Shown here piece by piece: positions 25,602 through 38,446 of a DNA stretch of 64,000 bases. Origin of the DNA: Podarcis bocagei (taxonomy: Eukaryota); NCBI GenBank assembly GCA_964188305.1, contig OZ076885.1, one strand, 5' to 3'. The notes below the pieces were generated by a model. That model was not told the DNA's origin, ran no database searches, and saw only the letters and a program-made list of their open reading frames with translations. Made by a program: the position numbers and the translations under genes. Each line of letters opens with the position of its first letter. Within the stretch, counting starts at the first letter, position 1.

Positions 25602-27650
25602 TTTCAGATTGAATGTTATGCAGTGGGCTTCCTGAGGTATGCTGGTTTGGAGCAACAGGTGGAAGAGATGAAGTAATGCTTCTATGTTTGATGCCTCCTG
25701 GGCTCCTTTGTAGAGCCTGCTTTTGTTAGCTTACAACAAGAGAACTAAAAAAGGGGTTGAGATTCTGCTAGTTAAACCAAGTAGGCACTGCAGATGCTTT
25801 TTATCTAACATAGTCATTGGGCCTTGCCATATTAGAAATAGAAGGATGTCAAAGTTTTACCAGAGGGGCAGGATATTTGAAGATATTTTAGTCTTTATTA
25901 GGTATAGCAAGAGCGAGCTTGAAATTTAGGGGGAGGGCTGTGGCTCAGTGGTACAGAATCTGCTTTGCTCCAAAGTCATGCTTGCTTAAGACGAGATGTC
26001 TTAAGCGAGATGTTTTGTGTATGCAAGGGCTTTGCTGTCAGCATGAGAGGCTTCCGTCAACATAGTGATGTTTCTTGGTGTCTGTATAGTATGTTCTGTT
26101 TCCACAGATTGATAGAATCATGTATCCGGAAGAGTTCCTATGGGTCATACCCAGCAAATTCCTTAAATTTAAATGACACCCAGCAGCCAATCACCCATTT
26201 TCTCTTGAAAACCTCCAGATAAAGAGATTCTATAATTTCCTTGGAGACAAATATTCAGTGGTTATTTCTCTGAGGGTCCCACGTAGAGAGATTAAGCTGC
26301 TTCCTGAAGGAAGCCAATCCGTCAGCACAGGGTTGACGGATTGTTTTAAAAATCCACTAGGCAGAATTGCAGGCTTGTGGTTATTCTCTAAAACGAGGGC
26401 ATCCTTGGCAGATTAGCATCTGCCTGCATAAGGGTCAAACGTAGAGTTATAAGGTTATAGCCCAGTCATAGCCCCAAGTAATAACAGTTCCCATCTCGAC
26501 TACAGAAAAACATGGATCTTTGCCTAGGTGGAAAAATGCAGAGCCAGCTACTGTCATGGTGCACCACATTTAAACACCCAGCACAGGCCATTTATACAAA
26601 GGCTGTGATTATAGAGAGGAAAGGGATTATTTGAACACCTGTAAATAGCAGAGGAAAACCCCACTGCCGTTCCGGATGATTCTAGATAAACCCCACAATC
26701 CCATATCCACTGTGGTCCAAAGCGCTTAAGGATCCTCCATTCCAGAGAACTCCCCAACCTCGTGGAACTTATCATGCTTGGGTCATGAGATTCCCAATGA
26801 AGAAAAACCCCACCCAGAAAATAAAAGCCTCTTAGCCTAACTAGGGTTGCTAGAAATTTCCCAGACATACACGGAATACTGTATCTGGAAGCAGTGTCCT
26901 GGCAGAAATTGGCTAAATTTTGCTGAGCTGATCTTCCTAAAAAAATGGCCAAATTCTTTGTGATTTTGCAAAAAAGGTAAACAACTTTTCTGTCCAGATG
27001 TTCACTTTTTGAAATATGGCAACCCTAAGCCTAACCTACCTCATAGGGGCATTATGGGTATTCTGTGAAGAGCTACATAGCCACCTTGAGTTCCTTGGAG
27101 GAAAAGGTGGGCTATAAATGAAATAAACAAATGCTCTGATTCAGACCAAGGCAACTTCCTACATTTGTCATAATAAATAACAAGATGAAAAAAAATCTTT
27201 TTAAAATAATTTGTTATTAATTTTTAATAATTCCAGTTATTATTCAATCAATTCCTACATTTGATTCTTCCTGATGTTTTCATAACAGGATGCCCAGAGC
27301 CTCAACACATTCTTCATCAGAGTTAGAGGTATAAAAGGAACTGAGCAAAGCAGAGCACTGGCTTCCTACTTGAAGCGCCAACCTTTTGTAACGCAGCCCA
27401 ATCTTTGCCTTTTTCTTTCACCTTTTCTTATGCAAGAGCCTCACAGTTGCTGGCTCGTGTTCAGGTTGTGGTTAAAAGAAACTCAGTGCTGCTGCCTCGC
27501 CAGGTTTCTCTCCTTTTGTAGTTAAGTACCTGATTTGTCTTTGCAAAAGTTTATCTTAATGTGCTAATCCTTAAAAAGTTTTATCGAAATCATTCCGAGT
27601 TTCAACTGAATCCGCCCAATGTTCTCACTGCTGCATAGCTCTGTAACAAT

Positions 27651-27765
27651 TTCCAGAGGGGGTAGTCGGGTTGCTGTGTAGTCCAACAGAAACAACAAAG
27701 AGTCTTGTGGCACCTTAAAAACAAACACATTCCTTATGGTAAAAAAGCATTTTGTGGACTACAGT
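27651..27765. mobile_element. Penelope-like element terminal-repeat fragment (second copy, opposite orientation, about 63005-63092)
   Basis: gtag.cg.gtt...aacaaagagtcttgtggcaccttaaa...gtggactacag resembles reptilian Penelope pseudo-LTRs as I recall them; not database-checked. Confidence 0.55.
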
Positions 27766-27928
27766 TAGCACTGACTTAATTTCTGAAACTATGTTAGGTA
27801 ATTTGATGGAAAGCGTCAAAAGTACTAGAGCCAGGTAGGCAGATATTTGCAGAATGCTCACGAGTCAGTGCACTGTACAAGCTAGCAGTTTCAGCTGAGG
27901 ACTGCACTGCCAGGCCCTTTGGCAAGAC

Positions 27929-28401
27929 CAGGGCTGGCCCTACCATTAGGCAAAATGAGATGAAAGCCTTAGGTGGCGGATGATGGGGGGTAGTAGGGGA
28001 AGCACACTGGCTGTTTCTCTCCCCCCTCCCCCCGGCACTCTTTTGGAAGACAGAATTACATTTGTTGTACAGCCTATCCTGTCTACCCCGGAACCAGCCT
28101 GCTGCCTCAGGATGCTATTCCATCATCAGAGTGGAAGGCAAATTCAATTTTCACTCTAGCAGGGGCGTTCCCAGAAGTTGGTGAAGTTGGCCCAAGAGGG
28201 TGCAAAAATTGTGAAGAAAGACAGAGAGAGACAGTGATTGCCAGGGGCACAAGGATATGGGGCAGGGATACAGCTCCTTGCCAAGGGTACAAGAGAGCCT
28301 AGGTACGCCTCTGCACTCCGGTCAGCTTCTGTACCTGGAATAGGCAGGAGGCACCATCTTGTCTTTCGTCTCAGATAGAAAAATGTCTTAGGCTGGCCCT
28401 G
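27929..28401. mobile_element. hAT-type MITE
   Basis: Ends CAGGGCTGGCC...GGCTGGCCCTG; flanks GGCAAGAC/ATCAAGAC (6 of 8 TSD positions match). Confidence 0.6.
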
Positions 28402-29684
28402 ATCAAGACAGTTTCCCATCTGGGATATGAACAGATCTGATCTATCTTTCACACTCTAGATTACTGGCATAGTGTGTGTAAAACATTTTGGACACCCTAA
28501 ATTTCTATATTAATGCATTAAGCTTTCCCTATTATTATCATGTTATTATTTACAGAATTCATAGCAGAATTCACAGTAACAATTTCCCAAGTCTGCCTTT
28601 TGCTCCATCTATGTGTGCATCCATTGAGCAGCAGAGCCATCTAGTCACAGCGGGAGTAAGACGGGGATGGGGGGATATATGTTCACTGGATGCACATCTG
28701 TCCAACACCCAAACCTTTATGTGGATTCGGCCCATGAGGTCTCAAAGTGAGCAATGCCAGTGCCCAAACCCTTGAATTCTCAGGTGAAACCACAAGTATC
28801 AAAAGCTGTTTATTATGAAACAGAAGACTACAGAGGTGCATGCTAGCATTCAGAAAAATAAACAGAAAAATATGTATTCACTTTTACCATGGTTGGTAGT
28901 TACGGGTTGTTGTTTTTTTAAAAAAGAAATGTCATTATTTATTTGAACTTTAACTGATCGATCCACCAGGCAAATGATTTATTCCAGTTTTAAACCCCTT
29001 CAAGGAACTCAGGGTGGCAGCGTGTGGTTCACACCCCACACCCTGCCACACTTTATCCTCACAACTACAAGCCTGTAAAGTAGATTAGACTAAGAGATGA
29101 CTCCTGTGCAGGAGTGAAAACTTGGGCAATGTAAACATGTAGGGGGAAATACTGGCAGAAGCTGCTGTTGAGCTGCCCCCCTGACAGCAGTGTCACTGCC
29201 CCTTACCTGGATGGTGGGGGGAGGTGCAGGGTAGGTGGGGCGCTGTGGTTGGGGCTGCACAAGAAATCAATCCTCACTGTGTCCTGCCCCAAGTGGCAGC
29301 CACACTGCTGTTGGGGAGGTGGCTTTGCAGCCCCTTCATGGCAGCTTATTCTGTGCACTTGGCCTGGCTCTCTCTAATATTTTATTGGGGGAGGGGCAAA
29401 GGTACCTCGACCCCTAGGAGTTGGCTCCTATGCTTCCTCAGTCACCATTACCAAGTTGGAAGGCAAATGAAATGATGGTGAGGGGAGTGAAGCCAGCACC
29501 CTTGCCTCTGCTGCTCCTCTTCACATGGTCACATTCACCCTACTTGTAAAGTCTACATCTGCAGATGTGGTTTGCAGCTGATTTCTCCATAGGCATCAAG
29601 TGGCAGCTTCTCTTTTCTCTCAATTGGCAGCTTGAGGGCTCACAGACTTTGGCCCAATATATAGCAAGACAAGGCAATCTCTGG

Positions 29685-30462
29685 CAGGGGTGGGGAATCT
29701 CTGAGCTCTCCATCTGGCCCTTGGAACTCTCTCCAGGCCATACTCTCAGTGCCCCCTCCCCGTATTTTTACCCAGCTGGAATGTGTCCTTGGAGATGTGG
29801 GGGGAAGAAGTGTTCTGCTCTCCATTCCCTCCTGTTCTAAAAATAATATATATATATATACAAATAAGGATGACATGCGATTAAGCAGTTGTTAAATGTC
29901 CCCCCCTATCTTTTTGTGCCACGTCTCTCCATCTCTGTAAAGCTCTCCCCAGGACAGTATGTCTGGCTCTGACACCTTTTCAGCTCCAGGCTAAGGACTT
30001 TTGAATGCACCCAAGTATTTGAATGTTCATAGTTGTTCCTTGCTTGCTTTTTAGATGTTTTTAGCTGCTTGCTGTTTTGTGGTGATTGCTTCTGATAATT
30101 TCATGGTGGGAAATATTTACTTGGGGGATGTTCAGTGTGGTCACTTTTCATGTGCGTCTTTAATATTTACTTGTTTGCTATGCAATTCACCTTGAGACCT
30201 TTGGATGTAAGATGAATCGTGAATAAAGTAATAATAATAAGAAATCGGGTAAATAATGCTTTCCAGTTTGCTTGGGTGGAGAATAGAGAGGGTGTGTGTG
30301 AGAGAGGGTGTAGAAAAGTAGTCTACTGTACAAAGGTAAACTTTACATTTGTTGCCCCGCCTACTTTTGCCTCTTGCCCCACCCATCTCTGCCATGTGGT
30401 TGCCCAGAAGGTTGCCCAGAAGAGAATGTGGCCCTCAAGCTGAAATAGGTTCCCTACCCCTG
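29685..30462. mobile_element. hAT/Charlie-like non-autonomous element (degraded)
   Basis: TIR-like ends CAGGGGTGGGGAATCT / AGGTTCCCTACCCCTG; no clear TSD. Confidence 0.45.
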
Positions 30463-32331
30463 GACTAAAGGGAAGTTTAAAGCTAACACTATCTATCTGC
30501 ATTCTGATTAATGACTGTAAACTTCGACAAGCCTTTCAGGCCAACAATCTCATTTCTTAATGCTTAAGAATGGCAGCAGACATGCAGATATTTCTCAAAC
30601 CCTCAACAGGGATTTGAAGCACATTAAAGGTGCTTGAGTGTCATAAATGTAGGTACAAATAATGCTAATAAAAATACATTTTGTAAACAAACCCATCCAT
30701 TTCCCCCCAGGCTATTTCATCACCATGATGGGAACTGATAATTTTTAAAGGTTTCAGAAACCCAAATAGCTCTGGTTATCCTACAGCACCTACCGAATAG
30801 TCAAGGCCTCATAAGGAACACCATCTAGAGCCCAGACTCCTATATGAGGCAGGAGCAGCCATTGACCAGCAAGCCCGTCCTCCACTCCGTCCATCTACCC
30901 AGAACAGACAAGTCCTAGCTATCTAATGATTAAAGAGCAGGGCTGTGTAACTGAATGACATATGGGGCAATTTGTCTATTAATTAAAATATTCCTAAACT
31001 GCCCTATATCTGTTGATATTAGAGCAGGATACAGCAATAACGTAACTAATGAACCCTGTACCTGTATGTGTGAATATGGTAAAGCTAAGACTGTATATAC
31101 ATGTGTACCTAGAAGGATCCATGGACCCCGTTTGCAAGATTCTTTGTTTACACGAGGACGCATACGAACAGGTTGTACATAACTGGCCAGATGATGGTGA
31201 TGTGTATGCGAGCCTTGAGCTATCGGATTGCAGAGCTGTGCATGCATTTGTGTAGTCATTTGCAACCGTGTCAGTAGGTGCTGCAGTTGTGTTTCGGCCA
31301 CACACAGTGATGCAGCTGCATGCCCGGGCTGGAAAGTCCGGTGGATAGTTAGCAAAAAATATACATGGAGTGAGTCTGCAGCTTATAAATAATCTATGCA
31401 AATAGTGTTTGTGACTCCTGGGTGTTGCGCGTTTTGCGCGAACGTGTTGTGCGCCCATTTCTCCTGATACGCACCCTGCTGTGTGCATGGCGATGCGCGC
31501 CTGTGCGCGTGTTCTCAGCTTTGGGCTGTGCACGTGTGGGCGTGCATGCAGCGTTGGAGCCGTTACTTCTGCAAAGGAGGTGGGCGCGCAAGTGTGGCCG
31601 GGGTTGCACGGGATGGCTGTGCGCGTCTCTGCAGATGCGTGCGTGTGTGTGCGAGGGTGCATGTCTCAGGGTGTGCGGTTGGCACACGCTTCCCAGCCCG
31701 TCCTTTTCCCGCCTGCCCGCCCGAGGGCTCCTGCACGGGCGTGTCGGGACTCGGGCTTGGGGCGCTGGCTCGGCGGTTGCTCGCTGCGCGTGGAGAGCTC
31801 TTTGCTGCTTTCCCGTCCCGTCCAGGCCGAGAAGAATCCGCCTCCGCCGTGGTCGCCGGTCGCGGCGCGCTGCCTCGTGCGCCCTCCGCCCCGCGGCTCG
31901 GTCGCCAGCTACCCCGGCGGGAGCTGCCGCGATGAGTGGAGGGGCGGGCTGCGGGGGCCGCACGTGCCCGCCGGGCCCGGCCTGACCCCACCCTTGCCCC
32001 CTCCCTTCCCCCCGGAGAAAGATTACCCTGCCCTGATAGAGCCGCTGCAGCCCCTACTTGCAACTTCAGCAAGCCGGGTGGGGGGTTCAAAAGTTGCAAA
32101 GGAAAGAGGGTGTGTACATAAGACAGGAGGCAGAGAGAGAGAGCTTTGCCAGCCTCCTTCTTTTTCTTCCCAGCGCTCTCGGATGGGGGGTGGAGGAGGA
32201 CCTGCCCGCATGGAGCTCCGAGGACAACCGTGGAGCCCGTTGCTACCTTCACCGACGACGACTAACCCTCGACGCCTCTTCGAAAACCAGCTGCCCTGCT
32301 GAAGGAACGAGAAGGGTGGGGAAGATAGAGG

Positions 32332-32335
<4 letters not shown>

Positions 32336-32363
<28 letters not shown>
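32336..32363. repeat. (GA)14 microsatellite in WNT10A promoter/5'UTR
   Basis: Direct read. Confidence 0.95.
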
Positions 32364-32366
<3 letters not shown>

Positions 32367-32521
32367 CAGGCCCGAGGTGCTTGCTGCAGTTTGGGCTTGC
32401 AAATCTTTGCAACGAGCTGTCGAAAAAACAAAAACACCTCCCTCTCCAATCCAAGGCGATCAATGAGGTCCTAAAAGAGCAGGGGAAAGTGACAGGAGTA
32501 GAGAGAAAGAGCGCAAATCGA

Positions 32522-32539
32522 CAGCAGCAGCAGCAGCAG
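32522..32539. repeat. (CAG)6 in the WNT10A 5'UTR region
   Basis: Direct read; about 100 nt upstream of the ATG and upstream of the in-frame stop at 32580, so not part of the CDS. Confidence 0.9.
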
Positions 32540-32636
32540 CAAGCAGCGAAGAGACAACCTACCCCCATCCCCACCCTACTAGCCCTTAAACAAGAAGAAC
32601 CAGCTGGTAGACAGACTAAAACTTCCAGCAGCCAGG

Positions 32637-32698
32637 ATGGGACAAATTCTGCTTCTTTGGCTCTGCCCCCTGCTTCTCCTCAGTCTCTGGGGCCAAAG
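32637..32698 (+). CDS. WNT10A: Wnt-10a, first coding exon (signal peptide)
   Basis: ATG in strong Kozak context (AGGATGG) with an in-frame upstream TAG at 32580. Encodes hydrophobic MGQILLLWLCPLLLLSLWGQ. Donor AAG|GTAAGA is phase 2, matching exon 2 (AG|C gives Ser). Lies in the CpG island. Confidence 0.8.
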
Positions 32699-35467
32699 GT
32701 AAGACCGTCTCCTTTTGGTTTTCTCGGGCTTCCCCGCTTTCCAAACCCTCTCCACTCGTTGGCGAGGCCTTTACCACGCAGCCCGCAATTGACAGCCTTC
32801 CCCCGCTCCAATGCCCCCAGCATACGCACCATGCTAAGAGGAGATTAATTACATATCCCCTCCTAATGCAGCCCCTCGAAACCCCCAAGGGCTTGGAGGA
32901 GATGTCACTTGGGAGCCGTTTCTATAATTACAACTCTCCCAGGAATGCAGTGTCGAAGCAGATTTGTCTCTTTTACGAGTGGTTCTAGTCATCAGGATTA
33001 TTTCACGCCTCCTCTCCCCCCCACCCCCCAGCACCTTATAATCCGGCTGTCATCTCCCTCTACAGACATATTCTCTCACCCCATCCGTAATGGTGAAATT
33101 ATTGCCAATGGGCATTTGCTTTGACATGAAAACATTTTGGGGGAGAGCCTCCATTCCTCTGTCACTTTTTGAGTTCTGGGTTAGGGGTCTTTGCCTCTTC
33201 TCCTGGAAGTGGTGCTAGAGAAACTGAGAGATCGGGCTCCTGGATGTCTGCTCTCATTTACCAGTCACAATTCCCGCTTTGGAGCCGGGAATTTAAGAGT
33301 CCCAATGCCATGTATAGAGCAAAATCCATTGGTTTTATCCTCTGGGTAGGATTGACACTATCTACGACTAGAACAAAACACCAGTTTGCTTGAGGCAATG
33401 GGTAGCTCTTTTTGGTCGCGCTGAATTCATTCATTCGAGACTCTCAGAAATTTGGCAATCTTTTCTCTGAGAGGGCCTTACTCATTTTCCAGCACAGGAT
33501 CCTTCTGGTGTGCAGGAGCAGGTGAAAATCTCATTGTTTCCCAAAAGTCAGTTGTACTACACTTAGCTAAGCTTTAATAAAGAGTGTTGCATAGGATATA
33601 AACCCAGTAATCTGTCCTGCTCTGTGTTATCATAGGTTGTGTTCTATTACGATGGTAAGTCTATTAGGGACCTCACTTTTTTCTCTTCTTTCTTGATTGG
33701 GTAACCTGTTAGGGTGCATTGGATCCTTCTGTAGTCCCAAGATTTCAGCTGACTGGCTTTTGGTTTCATTGCAGCTACCCAATTTAGCAATTTTATGGGG
33801 GAGTGCTGCAGAACCAACCAACCCCCCCCCCCCAATTATCTGACTGGAGTTTAAGCACATGGTTTGAGTTCTAAGTTTGGGCGTGAGAAATTTTGTTCAA
33901 ATCCCTGGCTTAGTCATGAAGATCACTGGGTGGCTTTGAGTTTCTATCCCATCTCGTTGTCCCTTTTACCTTCTGTATAGGTTTATATTGATGATCAACT
34001 GGGATTGCCCGTGTTGAGATTTTTGGGAATGGGAAAATGCGTATGTGGGAATAGAAAGTGAATAAATAATTACCCACAAGGAGCAGCATTAGTACTGAAA
34101 ATGTGTTAACCCAAAATAGGTTTAACAGTGAAGTTGTCAGCAGAAAATGAACATCCATTCATAGAAGAAGAGGAAATTTAGAGGATATAATCACCAATAT
34201 CTATTCTAGCAATGGGAATGAAGCAGCGTTCAAAGCATGTGGGATGGGTGATCATTACCTTTCCAGTTTAGGGAGAGAATTTGGGGTCTAGTGGAGAAAC
34301 TGGATTCCTGTGTTCACTTGTGAAGTCCTGGCTGTTGTATCATTCTGTGGGATTAGCAGCCACATTGTTCCTTTTTGTGAATCATTTAAACAGGAGAAAA
34401 ATGTTTACGTACTTTGTATTTTTCAAAGACCCCGTGGGGTTGGAAGCATTTTCTCATATATACACATGCCTATATAAAAGGGTGGGGGGAGGTGATGATT
34501 TCATTAATTAATCAATCAATCAGCATCATGTTTGGAAAAGGCTTGGGGATGCTTGGATGAAAGGCATGCGCCAAGGCATGCAGAAGGCTGCTCTCATTAG
34601 GGAGAAATGCCGCGCTGTTCTGAGCTGCCTTGTTATGAAAGACACACAATGTCTTAATCGTTTTCTTCGAAGGGCAGGTCCCTTCCTTGAGGGCTAGAGC
34701 CTGATCCGTGCCAAAGAGCAGAAACGCCTCCCCTCTGAGTTTGGGGCCTGGTTGTTTTGGGGCTCAGAGTGAGCCTTGCATTTGGCACAGACTCTGACAC
34801 CAGCTCTTCCTGGGAGCCCTTGGGTCAGTCCCTTCCCTCTTGGTAAATAATATGCAAGGTAACTGTCTCTCTCAGGCTCCTGTACATGGGTGCAAGGAAG
34901 GAGTCATCTCTTGGAATGGGTTTTGGTGGAAGTGAGCGCTTCCTAGCACCCTGAGCCACACATCCCTCTGCACATGAGCGATCTTGCAAATTCTGCTGTC
35001 AGCTGAGAGTCAGGCAGTGGATACTAGATTTCTGGTTGTGATGTCAGATTTCAAAAGGAAATACTACTCCTTATCAAGAGGTTGTGGTTAGAAGGGCCAC
35101 AGACACAAAGTAGAAACAGAGCATGTTTTAACAGTGCAGCGGACTGGCCTCATAACTATCAGACTGTCATACTCAGTTAAAGCTGGCGGGGACATCTAGG
35201 ATACAGTCACTTCCCTCCTGGCAGTGTGAATTGGTGCATTGGTGAATAAGTGCATTGCTCATTTTTGTTTAGCCTTAGTCCTGCTCTCTCTTAGTTATCA
35301 GATTACCATGCTACATTTGGGAGGGGAGGCACATAGGAGGTACAACCAGTGAAATAAGGGAATAATGAATGGATTATAGTAGCCTTTTCCAGTCTTGTGT
35401 TTGGGACCACAACTCCCATAATTCCATGTTGGCGGGGGCTTATGGATCCAATAATGACAGGAGGACA

Positions 35468-35746
35468 AACTTACTTTTCCTATGCGCTTTCCGGGCACTG
35501 CCTGCTCTTTAAATCTCTGTGTCCAAGCATATTTTTTTTGTTCTTGAGCTTTCCCCATGGAAACCTGCTCTTTACAGCTGAATTGGAGCAAACGGCAGTC
35601 CACGGAAAACACAAATTGACGTTTGTTGTGCATTGGTTTTAAAGAGCGGGTTTTTGCAGGGAAAGAAGAGCTCTTGGATATGGAGCGCTAAAGTTTGGGC
35701 CTGTGCCTGGAAAGCATAGGGTGAAAGGTAAGTGTGGATAAGCCCC
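35468..35746. mobile_element. PIF/Harbinger-like MITE (family copy 1, left end eroded)
   Basis: Right TIR AAAGGTAAGTGTGGATAAGCCC is shared with copies at 41631 and 61439. Confidence 0.65.
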
Positions 35747-36364
35747 AGGTTGAAGGGAGGCCTGCTCTGAGAGCACATCCAGTCTGGGTGCTTGAAAATA
35801 GTCAAATGCACCTGATTCAGATTAAAACGTGGATACTTTTAAAAAATTGTTACTTGCTGTCATTTGCCTTGGGAGCAGGGTGAATTGTCCAGTCTTTGCC
35901 CGCTTTTTCTTTTTCCTGATAGTTTTTCTGCTGTGCCAGCAGAGGCAGTGAAAAGCAGAAATGCCTCAGAACTTTTCCTTGTGATAGCAGCGCTGTGCTG
36001 GGAATTCACCTGCTGCATTTCTGCCTTTTGCCACACAGGTGTTGAAGGTAGAAAATAATTTGGCATCTCTGCCAGCCGTTACAGTCTGCAGCCCAGAGGC
36101 AATGATCAAGGCTTGGGAGCCTACATGTTGCTAGAGCTTGTGAGGGAGGTGGTGGTGGGGAAGGCCTTCTCCTAAACACCTCGAGGCTCTAGTCTACTGT
36201 CTCGGATGAGTACAGGTGGTCAAATCACATGTTCTCAAACAAACTTCTGATTTTGTTTTGTGGTGATGCTGGAACATTTCCCATTTATTTTGAATTGTGG
36301 GGAAGCTACGACACCTGTTTGAACTTTAGGTCACCTCAAGAAGTGGAAGACTCAGGCTTGTCTG

Positions 36365-36515
36365 TGCATAATTAGCCTGGAAAAGAGGAGACTGAGAAGA
36401 GATAGGATAGCCATCTTCCAGTATCTTCTTGTTTTAGCTGAGATTCCTGCATTGCAGGGGGTTGGACTAGATGACCCTAGATGACCCTTCCAACTCCACG
36501 ATTCTATGATTCTGT
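36365..36515 (+). mobile_element. CR1 3' fragment
   Basis: agcctggaaaagaggagactgag...ttcctgcattgcagggggttggactagatgacc...cccttccaactc..gattctatgattct. Confidence 0.75.
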
Positions 36516-38409
36516 ACCTTTAAAGCACATTGGAAACGCATTTTCCACCCTTTAGGATTTTGGGCACTGTAGTTTATCTCTCCAGTAATCCTTAAGAAAC
36601 TACAGTGCCCAAATTTCCTTGTGGGAGGAAATGTCATTTGAATGTACTTGAAGCGCGTAATGTGCACTCAGCCTCCTGTTTCTTAAGGTTACCTCAGTTC
36701 AAACAGGTATTACGGCTCCCTCTCTCCTCCCCCCATTTCGGGATAAATGGGAAATGTTCCTCATTTCATCATTGTGTGCTACTATCTGCCTCCTGATTGA
36801 ATCCCCCCTCAGCACAAACATTTGTGTTGAGAGTCTGGGGAAGGGTTAATAATTATATATACTTCCTTCCCCCTCCCGTCTCCATTTTGCCTTGTTTTGT
36901 TTGTAATAGTTATTTTTGGGTTGGTTTTTTTCTCTCCACCCCCTACTGCCACCCCTCCAAAAAATATAATTTATTACCGTTGGAACTTGTATTAATTAAA
37001 GCAGTAGCAACCACAGCCTGTGACCTGCGGGCCTTTCACTGTGAAATCGTGTTTCAACTCATTTAGTGCTATAGAGTGAGAGGGTGGGGGGAGCACAGGT
37101 CAATCAGATTCAAAGAGCAGACATGGTAAACTGCCCTTCTCAACACTTCCATCTTTCCTCTCCCCAAACTCTGTGGGTCTTTTTGCAGGGATCCACCCCA
37201 CCCCCCATAAAAGTCCTTGTGCTTTTTGTGCCAGACAAGAACATGTGCACATGGTGTGTATGTGTTGTAATGTCTATTTGGGGAGGGAGAATGAAGAAAG
37301 GGGGATTAAGGAAGTCTTGCTTCTGCGGGGGTGGGGATGATCTCCGCAGGGGCGTAAGAGCGATGCCAGTGTATATGTCGGTTATTTGGATGGCAGGATG
37401 TGAGGGGGAGGAAAGGACACCGGTTTGGGTGAGACTTGGATAGCACAAGAAACTTGCCTACCAAATGGGATAAGTGAAAAAGCCTATAGTCAGTTCCTAA
37501 GACTGACAGACACTTGCTTCTCAACACTAAAACAGTGGAAGGATGCTTAAGGCTAGGGTAAGTGGGGAATGATAGTGGCAGTGGCGGATCTTGGGGTCTC
37601 AAAGTTCAGCAGCACCCCATGTGATACTAAAATTCAGCACCCCTCAACCTCTTGCCCTTCATTCTAAATCATAGTTAAGATGCCCCCTGGGGCCCGGAGG
37701 CTCTGTCCCCAGTGTGATTGAACCAGTCATGCTCCCCTCTATCTGACAGTGGGTTGGGCTCTCAGAATCCAACCCAACCATCCCTTGGCCATCATGAGCC
37801 ACCCCAAGTGAGTGGAATAGGTTCTGTTCAATGAAGTGCTTGACACTCTCCACCAGGATGTAGCTGCAAAGGGAGAGAGAAGGCCTGTTGCACTTAATCC
37901 ATGGGGAATTTGCCAATGTCCCAGGTGAAGGTCTGGAAGAATGCATTTCAGATCTATTATAAGAAACACTTAGAGGAGAACTGAGGCACAGTGGCATGTA
38001 AGGCAAACCACTGGGTGGGGGCGGGGGGCGGCGAGAGAGAGAATTGGTTATGTACATGCAAGGATGAATGTCTACAGAGTGTGTTTCTGCTTAGTATCTG
38101 CTTATGCAATTGTATGGATAGAACAGACAATGTGATGGACTTGTTGTCGGCATCCCTCTGTCTTGAGAGACAATGGATTGTGTCTCCAGGGGGGTGAAGC
38201 CAGGGGGCAAGCAGCAGTGAAGTGACCTTCCTGGGCCACAAGCCTAGGCAGTGTGTAGGGAGGTCCTGGGCTGCCCAGACAACAAGACCCGCTCACTGAT
38301 GTGGCCCAAAACGAAAGCAGAGCAATATGTTTGGCACCAGCTTGGCTGCAGGAGTTGCCGGTAAGGAAGCATACTGTATGTATATGTGTGTGTATTTTAT
38401 GTGGGTGAG

Positions 38410-38440
<31 letters not shown>

Positions 38441-38446
38441 CGCGCA
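38410..38446. repeat. (TG)11(CG)6 alternating purine-pyrimidine tract
   Basis: Direct read. Confidence 0.95.

Larger units (their letters stand above)
31400..32850. promoter_or_regulatory. WNT10A promoter CpG island / 5'UTR
   Basis: CpG-dense, with a GC box (GGGGCGGG near 31941) and CACGTG E-boxes (31531, 31961); overlaps the first coding exon. Confidence 0.8.

Noticed and set aside
30930-32888. Long ORFs (up to 273 aa, including a polyQ frame) over the WNT10A island
   Set aside because: Low-complexity products of a CpG island and microsatellites. The polyQ frame is out of frame with WNT10A, and an in-frame stop precedes the true ATG.
33636-33654. 19-nt micro-exon between catag and GTAAGT
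   Set aside because: It would frameshift WNT10A and there is no other support.
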